Positions 8,883 to 16,500 of a stretch of DNA of 32,000 nucleotides are shown here, one piece after another. Source of the stretch: Nostoc sp. PCC 7120 = FACHB-418 (GTDB lineage: Bacteria; Cyanobacteriota; Cyanobacteriia; Cyanobacteriales; Nostocaceae); NCBI RefSeq assembly GCF_000009705.1, contig NC_003272.1, positions 3,390,001 to 3,422,000 on the forward strand. The letters run 5' to 3'. The notes beneath the pieces are model-generated. The model searched no databases, had not been told where the DNA came from, and saw nothing but the letters and a program-made list of their open reading frames with translations. Each line of letters starts with the position of its first letter. The first letter of the stretch is position 1. The translations under genes were made by a program, and so were the position numbers.

Positions 8883-9143
8883 TTAAGAGTAAATTACACC
8901 ACGATATTTTAAATTTCTCCGTGGTTGGGAAATTGTAGATATAACTTGGTTTTTAATATAAAGTGCGCCACGATAAATTAGAGTTTGATGTGTTGGTACA
9001 TTTTGATTAACAACTGAATAGTTAATATTGTAATCAGCACCACGATACTTTAAAGATACTTTTGCTGCTGTTATTTTAGATAAAGGATAATCACACTTAT
9101 AGGGTAATAATTGATAATTTATTTCCATCTTATTAAGCCTCAT
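8883..9143 (-). CDS. DUF4278-like small protein with three (K/I)YRGxxY motifs; start uncertain (9197, 9143 or 9128)
   Basis: The motifs KYRGADY, IYRGALY and KYRGVIY recall the cyanobacterial DUF4278 YRG-repeat family. ATG codons at 9143 and 9128 are in frame within the 104-codon ORF. Confidence 0.5.
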   Translation of the reverse strand: MRLNKMEINYQLLPYKCDYPLSKITAAKVSLKYRGADYNINYSVVNQNVPTHQTLIYRGALYIKNQVISTISQPRRNLKYRGVIYS

Positions 9144-9237
9144 TGTAAGTGAATAAACTGCTAGTTTGCTGCAACATTTTATTTTTTGTTTCAGCAATGA
9201 TTTATTTATAGGATTTCTAGAAATTAATGTCGATGTA

Positions 9238-9281
9238 TAAAAGTTAAGGATTTAGCACAGAGTCGATTTACTTAACTTTTA
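9238..9281. repeat. Palindromic hairpin TAAAAGTTAAG-N22-CTTAACTTTTA (CTTAACTTTT family); candidate terminator or protein-binding site after the three-gene cassette
   Basis: An 11-bp perfect inverted repeat read directly. It lies about 260 nt downstream of the stop at 9541 on the minus strand. Confidence 0.5.
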
Positions 9282-9540
9282 GCTAGCGCAGTGGGTACAA
9301 TCTGACGCACCTGTAGGGGATAATCCTGGTATTCAACGGACGAGTTTTGGATTTGATGATCGCACTGTGTCAGGTAAAGGTATCTCTGCTATGTTGTATT
9401 ATCAGCAAGAGGAAGTACCTTCAGGACATGATAGAACACCCGCACCGATCAAGCAAAATGCCCGTGTGTTGAGAAAATATTGCTGGGTAGACAGAGGATA
9501 CTTTGGAAGAGAGCGATCGCCAGTGAATCTAATCACGTAT

Positions 9541-10953
9541 CTACATATTACGTGTAGCAGTTGGTCTTAAGGCATCTTCAAAATACTGTCGATATAACTC
9601 ACAACTGGATATAACCTGATTTCCTTGCAGCTTGACTAACCCCATGCTGTGCAACTTAAATGCTAAAATCTGTTCCAACTCCACAGGATTTGATGAACGG
9701 ATTACTTCCTCATAGGCTGCTGCTAATTGCGGATGTTCTTGTAAGCTTCTTAAATGGCGATGCAAGTGATTACTATAAATACCTGCATCTGTAGCTGCGG
9801 TTTGGATTAACTGCTTAAAAGTCAAGTCTTGTTGCGCTAAATGATATAAAGCTTGCTGTATTAGATACGGATGTCCAGCCACAAGCTGCATCAATTCTGA
9901 TAACTCATTTTCAGATAAATGAATTCCATAACGTTGGGCTAAATTGCATACCTGCACAGGTGTAAATGTTTGCAATTCAATTGCTAAACCCACATTAAAG
10001 GGTGATTTATTAATATCTAGAGGAATATATACTTCTGTGGAATGAACAATTACCAAACGCAAATTTTGCCACAGAGGATTACCGATATCTCCATAAGCAG
10101 CTTCTTCATACCAAGAACGCAATAAAGTAAAGAAATCATCAGCAATTTCTGGATGTAAAAACACCTCATCAACTTGATCTAAAGCTAAGACCAAAACACC
10201 ATTAATTTCTGGTAGCACACAATCTTCAAAATAAGCGGTGCAGTTGCTTTTACTGCCAAAAGTTGCGCTCCAATAATCCTCTACTCGATGGGGTAACTGA
10301 AGCTTACGAGTAATCGCAGCACAAAACCAACGCAAGAATTTATCTAAGTCATTAAAAATAGCACTTTCAGCTCGCTGTAAGCTCAAAGCTACAGTACGTA
10401 CTGAAGAATTTTGTTGTTGAGCATGGGCTAAAATTCTTACCATTAAAGAAGTCTTACCCATTTGACTGGGTGCTTTAATACGAATCAACGCCCCATCTCT
10501 GGTAATTTCCTCATAACAGCGAGACTCTACCGGAGGACGTTCCATATACAAAGCAGAGTCCAATGCTATGACTCCAACTGGTGATTCTAATTCTAGGGAT
10601 TGGGGATTAATAACTGGCGATTGGGAGTTGGCTAATGAGGAAGAGTTTTCGATTTTTAATTCTTCAGATGCTCGTTGTGCGAGGACAGCCATCAAATTAG
10701 TTTTACTGACTTTTTCCCCTAAACTAGCTGAAAGTATCTGCCATAGTTTCGGGCCAACATCATGTTTGATGTACTCAGGAGCGTAGTCACGTTCTTCGGC
10801 AATTTTATCATATTTTTGACCTAGCAAAGCTCCTCGTAGTACAGCTACTTCAATGTTTTTCAGATGTCTTTTAGTTTTGGCAAATACTGCGGCATCTACT
10901 ATTTTCAAAGCTGCTTCAAATGTGATTGCTATTTCTTGAATTATTTCCGTCAT
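9541..10953 (-). CDS. HTH-like N-terminal module fused to an AAA_35-type P-loop NTPase (470 aa), with no repeat or effector domain
   Basis: The N-terminal roughly 95 aa contains YDKIAEERDYAPEYIKHDVGPKLWQILSASLGEKVSKTNL, a helix-turn-helix-like module common at the N-termini of cyanobacterial signalling NTPases. Walker A is APSQMGKTSL and Walker B is VLVLALDQVDE. The C-terminus has the helical/winged-helix-like VAGHPYLIQQALY region. Confidence 0.8.
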   Translation of the reverse strand: MTEIIQEIAITFEAALKIVDAAVFAKTKRHLKNIEVAVLRGALLGQKYDKIAEERDYAPEYIKHDVGPKLWQILSASLGEKVSKTNLMAVLAQRASEELKIENSSSLANSQSPVINPQSLELESPVGVIALDSALYMERPPVESRCYEEITRDGALIRIKAPSQMGKTSLMVRILAHAQQQNSSVRTVALSLQRAESAIFNDLDKFLRWFCAAITRKLQLPHRVEDYWSATFGSKSNCTAYFEDCVLPEINGVLVLALDQVDEVFLHPEIADDFFTLLRSWYEEAAYGDIGNPLWQNLRLVIVHSTEVYIPLDINKSPFNVGLAIELQTFTPVQVCNLAQRYGIHLSENELSELMQLVAGHPYLIQQALYHLAQQDLTFKQLIQTAATDAGIYSNHLHRHLRSLQEHPQLAAAYEEVIRSSNPVELEQILAFKLHSMGLVKLQGNQVISSCELYRQYFEDALRPTATRNM

Positions 10954-11011
10954 TTTCTTTAATGTTTATAAATTTATTTTATTTTTTAATTAATAGATAG
11001 CTTCGGATTTC

Positions 11012-11761
11012 TTAACTTACTTTATCTGCTAATTTTTGTAGGGTTTGAGTGAATGGATGGTCAGGATATTGTAAACAAAATATGCCACTACTGCCCAGTT
11101 GTGCCATATCTTCCGAAAGTGGCAATATACCTGCAACTGGAACGTTATAAGTTTTCTCTACTTTTTGCTGTAGTGATGCAAAATTCATGCGATTTGGTAT
11201 CTTATTAATGACCATCATCATCTCGCGGACTTGCAGTTGACGAGCAATATTCACGGTTACTGCCGTGCCTTGAAAGTCTTGGCGATCTGGACGCAGGATA
11301 ATAATTAACAAGTCAGAAATAGCGATACATAGTAAAGTTTCTCGGCTTAATCCAGGGTGAGTATCAATAAATAAGTAGTCTAATTTTAATTCTTTAATTA
11401 ATCTTTGAAAGCCAGTATTTAGTAAACTAACGTTGTATCCTTCGCTCAAAATTTTGGCAATTTCATCAGCATTGATACTAGAGGGTATGAGGAAAACTGT
11501 TCCCTGAGAAATTGCTAGATGAGAAGTAACATCACAGGCGGTATCCTCAATACAACTACGATTCCACAAATAGTCATTTAAGGTTTTGCCTGTAATTGTC
11601 TTATCAATACCAAATAGAGCATGAATGCCCGGAGATTGTAAATCAGTATCTACAATTGCCACTCGCTTTTCTTGAAGTGCCATTGCGACTGCTAAATTCG
11701 CTGTTAAGTTAGATTTACCTGTTCCACCTCGAAAGGAGTGAATCGCAATAATTTTAGACAT
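11012..11761 (-). CDS. MinD/ParA-family (SIMIBI) ATPase, 249 aa, deviant Walker A with Arg in place of the signature Lys
   Basis: The Walker A region is IAIHSFRGGTGKSNLTANLA, where the family consensus is KGGxGK[ST]. A switch-like VAIVDTDLQSPG and a Walker B YLFIDTHPG are present. The gene is co-directional with its neighbours, with gaps of 22 nt upstream and 58 nt downstream. Confidence 0.85.
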   Translation of the reverse strand: MSKIIAIHSFRGGTGKSNLTANLAVAMALQEKRVAIVDTDLQSPGIHALFGIDKTITGKTLNDYLWNRSCIEDTACDVTSHLAISQGTVFLIPSSINADEIAKILSEGYNVSLLNTGFQRLIKELKLDYLFIDTHPGLSRETLLCIAISDLLIIILRPDRQDFQGTAVTVNIARQLQVREMMMVINKIPNRMNFASLQQKVEKTYNVPVAGILPLSEDMAQLGSSGIFCLQYPDHPFTQTLQKLADKVS

Positions 11762-11783
11762 AGAATACTAATTCGTATTGGGA

Positions 11784-12194
11784 TTAAGATATCTTGCTAT
11801 TGCGAAGATATTTAACTTCTATCTGCAATTGTTGAAAATATTCTGTTTGAGTTATTTCTGCTACTTGATGTGCAAGTTTGTTTAAATCAATCTCTATTTG
11901 CATTTCTTGGAGTTGGAGTTTTTTCTCCTTTTCCTGCTGTTGCAATAGGCTTTCTAATTCAGCTTTTTCTTGCTTCACAACTGCCAATTTTTGCTGCAAA
12001 TTTGCAACTTCTGCCCTTAAACTCTCTTCGGTATCTTGTAAGTAAAATTTAACTTTGTGTTTTACCTGATTCTTCCTTAACTGCTTCTGGGTTAGTCTGG
12101 AAGCATTATTCCTTACTGCATTGTTGAAAGCAATGAGGTTAATTACGTTTGCTGGAACTACTTCGATACCAATATTAAGGGGATGTTGGGGCAT
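11784..12194 (-). CDS. Coiled-coil protein (136 aa) with a basic N-proximal peptide
   Basis: A clean ORF. It carries the basic stretch RLTQKQLRKNQVKHKVK, followed by roughly 80 aa rich in Glu/Gln/Lys/Leu with heptad character (LRAEVANLQQKLAVVKQEKAELESLLQQQEKEKKLQLQEMQIEIDL). It is the first gene of the cassette. Confidence 0.6.
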   Translation of the reverse strand: MPQHPLNIGIEVVPANVINLIAFNNAVRNNASRLTQKQLRKNQVKHKVKFYLQDTEESLRAEVANLQQKLAVVKQEKAELESLLQQQEKEKKLQLQEMQIEIDLNKLAHQVAEITQTEYFQQLQIEVKYLRNSKIS

Positions 12195-12277
12195 GATTTA
12201 CTCCATGTCATCAACGTCTGCGTTGGGAGTGGCGGATCTTTACTTTCTTAGAATGACGCGATCGCCTGACATAATGA

Positions 12278-12320
12278 AAGATCAGTTTTGTCATAAAGCG
12301 GTACTTGTAAAACTGATCTT
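12278..12320. promoter_or_regulatory. Perfect 12-bp inverted repeat AAGATCAGTTTT-N19-AAAACTGATCTT, 84 nt upstream of the cassette start codon
   Basis: Read directly. It shares the 10-nt core AAGATCAGTT/AACTGATCTT with the palindrome at 13485-13530. Each arm contains GATC. Confidence 0.55.
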
Positions 12321-12353
12321 GACAAAAGACATTATTTATAGATGGAAATCAAT

Positions 12354-13253
12354 TTAGCCAGGATTTGCTGGGGAGTATTCCCCAAATCGCCAACGTAGGG
12401 AAGTAGCATTGCAGCTTTCCAACACTTGCTCAATAGCAAACTCTACTAAACGTTGCGCCCCTGCAAATTCAGTTAATCTTGCCACATCCCAAATTACCTG
12501 TGCTTTACCAGTGATTTGTAAGGTATGCCCTTTTTCAAAGTCGATAAATAATAAACCTGCTTTGGGATTTACATTTAAGTTACCAAAGGTTTGAAACATA
12601 TTATTTCCAGAGTAATCAGGAAAAACAAGCTGATTACTATTCACAACTTGTATAAACCCTGGAAAGCCTCCTCGGTGGGAAGCATCAGCCCCACTTTCTG
12701 GATGATAACTAGCGATGAAAAAAGTGTCTGCTTGGGTTATCCAAAGTTGATTGGTATCACTTAAACTATCTCTGGTAAAAGCTTCAGGTTGTTCTATTGC
12801 ATCAATTACCGCTTTTTCTATATGACGTATTTGGATGTATTTAGGACAGTTAAAAAATACCTGCTGAATTTCTACTTTGATATGCTTTTGATTTACCTCT
12901 GCTTTGCCATTTAAACGTAAACGCCGACGGTTTGCTAAATCAATTACCAATAGACCAATATCATTATTGACTTTTAGGTTTTGGTGTAGAGGATCGGTTT
13001 GTATGGGGATAGTATTAATCTGTATTGTTTGTGTGTTTAATACTTCTACAAAACCAGGGTTTTCTGTTAACAACGATGCCCAGACTCTACCTTCTGTGTC
13101 CACTGTACTAGCAACTGCTAATTGTTGTGTGTGCAGGAACTCCTCAGCAGGTGGTTTGATGGTGCTACTGATGAAATGACATAGACGTTGCGCCTCTTCT
13201 CGCACGCCCGCCTGAGTTTGGACTGTAATTTCTCCAGAATGAAAAGAAGACAT
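12354..13253 (-). CDS. Pyridoxamine 5'-phosphate oxidase-related FMN-binding (split-barrel) family protein, 299 aa
   Basis: The N-terminus reads FHSGEITVQTQAGVREEAQRL...LAVASTVDTEGRVWASLLTENPGF, typical of the PNPOx-like family. A second barrel-like half contains FFIASYHPESGADASHRGG. Confidence 0.7.
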   Translation of the reverse strand: MSSFHSGEITVQTQAGVREEAQRLCHFISSTIKPPAEEFLHTQQLAVASTVDTEGRVWASLLTENPGFVEVLNTQTIQINTIPIQTDPLHQNLKVNNDIGLLVIDLANRRRLRLNGKAEVNQKHIKVEIQQVFFNCPKYIQIRHIEKAVIDAIEQPEAFTRDSLSDTNQLWITQADTFFIASYHPESGADASHRGGFPGFIQVVNSNQLVFPDYSGNNMFQTFGNLNVNPKAGLLFIDFEKGHTLQITGKAQVIWDVARLTEFAGAQRLVEFAIEQVLESCNATSLRWRFGEYSPANPG

Positions 13254-13484
13254 TTTACTAACTCGTCATAGTCTAGGGCTAGGCTAACGGCTACGTAATT
13301 CAAAGTTCCGGTCTAATAGCTAAAGTTCACTGAAGTGGACTGAATGGAATTTCTCATTGAATCCTCTTGAGAGGAGTACTATGAGACTCGGAATGGATTC
13401 TGAGGCGGGATAGATGCCCTCTTAGAAATCACATCGTATATTTCCTATACATTTCTTTAGTATTTTTTATATAAACTCTATTTT

Positions 13485-13530
13485 CCAAGATCAGTTTTGG
13501 ATTGATGGGTTGAAAGATAACTGATCTTGG
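13485..13530. promoter_or_regulatory. Perfect 12-bp inverted repeat CCAAGATCAGTT-N22-AACTGATCTTGG upstream of the NB-ARC-WD40 gene
   Basis: Read directly. It lies 16 nt before ATG 13546 and 85 nt before the in-frame GTG at 13615. An AT-rich stretch with TATAAA precedes it. Confidence 0.55.
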
Positions 13531-13545
13531 CGATCGCAGAATTTT

Positions 13546-16500
13546 ATGATATTGCAATCAACGTCACTGTTCTGTAAATATATAAATAATTGCAGGTATA
13601 TTAACCGAGAAATCGTGGCTACTCTCAAAGCTTCTCCACAGGGACTCGCAAGAATTAAACAAGCTAGAAGTGATAGGGGTTGGTCTGTTGATGATTTTAG
13701 ATGGCTAGAATTAGCCAGTGAAATTTTAGGTGTTTGTTGGCAAGAAAATGGTGTTCTCGCTGCTGGGATATCAGAAGGAACATGGAAGCGTTTCTTGGCT
13801 GGGAAGCAAGCGATTAATGCTGAAGCTTTTAAAGCTTACTGTCAGGTACTGGGGTTGAATTGGGAAGAGGTGCAGGAGGGAGGACGCACCAAGGAACGAA
13901 AAGACACAGGAACAAGCAGACAAGAAAAATTTTTGTCATCTTCCCATCCTCATACAGATTGGGGTGAAGCACCTGATGTATCTATTTTTTATGGTCGAAG
14001 TGAAGAACTAGACACGGTGAAGCGATGGGTTACACAAGAAAATTGTCGCTTGATAACGCTGCTGGGAATGGGTGGAATTGGAAAAACGACACTTTCTGTA
14101 AAACTAGCGCAGGAAATTATCAACAGCGAGAAAATTTATCTTTCCCAGTCCCCTGAATACATAATTTGGCGTAGTTTGCGAAACGCGCCACCAGTGGAAG
14201 ATATTTTGGCGGAGTTAATTCAATTTTTATCTGGACAGCAGGAAACAAATTTATCAAATCATCTACAGGGGAGAATTTCGCTGTTACTCAAAAATTTACG
14301 TTCGTCGCGCTGTCTAATTATTTTGGATAATGCTGAGTCAATTTTACAAGCAGGCGATCGCAATGGTCGTTATCGTGCTGGATGTGAAGGTTACGGTCAA
14401 TTCCTACAATGTATAGCAGAAACTTCCCACCAAAGTTGTTTAATTCTCACTTCACGGGAAAAACCCCAAGGACTGGCTAAGTATGAAGGTGATAGTTTGC
14501 CAGTACGTTCTCTACCACTGACAGGGTTACAAGAACAAGAAGGACGCGAATTATTTAATGTTAAGGGTAAATTTGCTGCTTCTTGTGACCAATGGCAAGT
14601 TTTAATTTCACGCTATGGCGGTAATCCTCTAGCTCTCAAAATTGTAGCGTCTTCCATCCGCGACTTTTTTGATGGTGATGTTTCCCAATTTCTGGAAGTT
14701 TCTCAGCAAGGTACATTCATTTTTGATGATATTCGGGATTTACTTGACCAACAATTCCAGCGTCTCACAACTCTGGAACGAGAGATTATGTACTGGTTAG
14801 CCATCAATCGTGAACCTGTAACTTTAGCAGAGTTACAAGCCGATTTTGTTGCTAATATCCCACCCCGTGAACTGCTAGAGTCCCTAAGTTCTCTACAAAG
14901 ACGTTCTTTAATTGAAAAAAGTGCTGGCGGGTTTACTCAGCAACCTGTAGTAATGGAGTATGTGAGCAATCATTTAATTGAGCAAGTGTGTGAGGAGATG
15001 AGGGAATGGGGACTGGTAAGAAGCAGGGGTGCAGAGGAGCAGAGGAGCAGGGGAGAGAAAATACACACTCAATACAAGCTAAACGCCGCGCTTCCGCTAA
15101 CAGCACTCAGCACTCCCTTATTTACTACTCATGCACTCATTAAGGCACAAGCTAAAGATTATGTGCGGGAGAGTCAAATTAGTTTGATTCTTCAGCCTCT
15201 AATCAATCAATTAATTACAGAATTTGGCAGTCTGGAAAATATCAGTAATTGTCTGGTTCACATCCTCTCTAGGCTACGGGGTAAGTCGCCCCAAGAAACG
15301 GGCTATGCTGGAGGGAATGTTCTTAATTTGCTGCATCATGCACAAGTTGACCTCAGTGGCTATGATTTTTCGGGGTTAACTGTTTGGCAAGCTTATCTTC
15401 AAGGCGTAAACCTCCATGATGTGGATTTTGCTAACTCAGATTTATCTTGCTGTGTATTTACGGAAACATTAGGTAATATTTTATCGGCTGCTTTTAGTCC
15501 CGAAGGTCAACTTTTAGCAACCTGCGATACTGACTGTCATGTGCGTGTATGGGAAGTGAAAAGCGGGAAATTATTACTAATTTGTCGAGGACATAGTAAT
15601 TGGGTGCGCTTTGTGGTGTTTAGCCCAGATGGAGAAATATTAGCGAGTTGCGGCGCTGACGAGAATGTGAAACTTTGGAGTGTCCGCGATGGTGTTTGTA
15701 TAAAAACGTTAACTGGGCATGAACATGAGGTATTTTCTGTAGCGTTTCATCCAGACGGTGAGACTCTAGCCAGTGCAAGCGGTGACAAGACAATCAAACT
15801 CTGGGATATTCAAGATGGTACTTGCTTGCAAACGCTGACAGGACATACAGATTGGGTGCGTTGCGTTGCTTTTAGTCCAGATGGTAACACTTTAGCGAGT
15901 AGTGCGGCTGACCACACAATTAAACTGTGGGATGTGTCTCAAGGTAAATGCTTGAGAACGTTAAAATCACATACAGGATGGGTGCGTTCCGTAGCCTTTA
16001 GTGCAGATGGACAAACCTTAGCTAGTGGTAGCGGCGATCGCACAATTAAAATTTGGAATTATCATACAGGTGAATGTCTGAAAACCTATATCGGACATAC
16101 TAACAGCGTCTATTCTATTGCCTATAGTCCTGATAGTAAAATTTTAGTCAGTGGTAGTGGCGATCGCACAATTAAACTCTGGGATTGTCAAACCCATATC
16201 TGCATCAAAACTCTACACGGACACACTAATGAAGTTTGTTCCGTCGCCTTTAGCCCAGATGGTCAAACACTAGCTTGTGTTAGTTTAGACCAAAGCGTGA
16301 GGCTCTGGAATTGTCGCACTGGTCAATGTTTGAAAGCTTGGTACGGTAATACAGATTGGGCATTACCTGTAGCTTTTAGTCCTGATAGACAGATTTTAGC
16401 TAGTGGTAGTAACGACAAAACAGTTAAACTCTGGGATTGGCAAACCGGCAAATACATCAGCAGCTTAGAAGGGCATACCGATTTTATTTATGGAATTGCC

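Noticed and set aside
9367-9570. 67-codon GTG-initiated ORF in the spacer after the cassette
   Set aside because: It is short, overlaps the 3' end of the AAA_35 gene in antisense, and has no motif or plausible ribosome-binding site.
11012-11761. Canonical chromosome or plasmid partition ParA, or division-site MinD
   Set aside because: No parB or minE/minC is adjacent. The signature Lys is replaced by Arg, and I see no C-terminal amphipathic membrane-targeting helix of the MinD type. This is kept as an alternative reading in the finding, not as the primary call.
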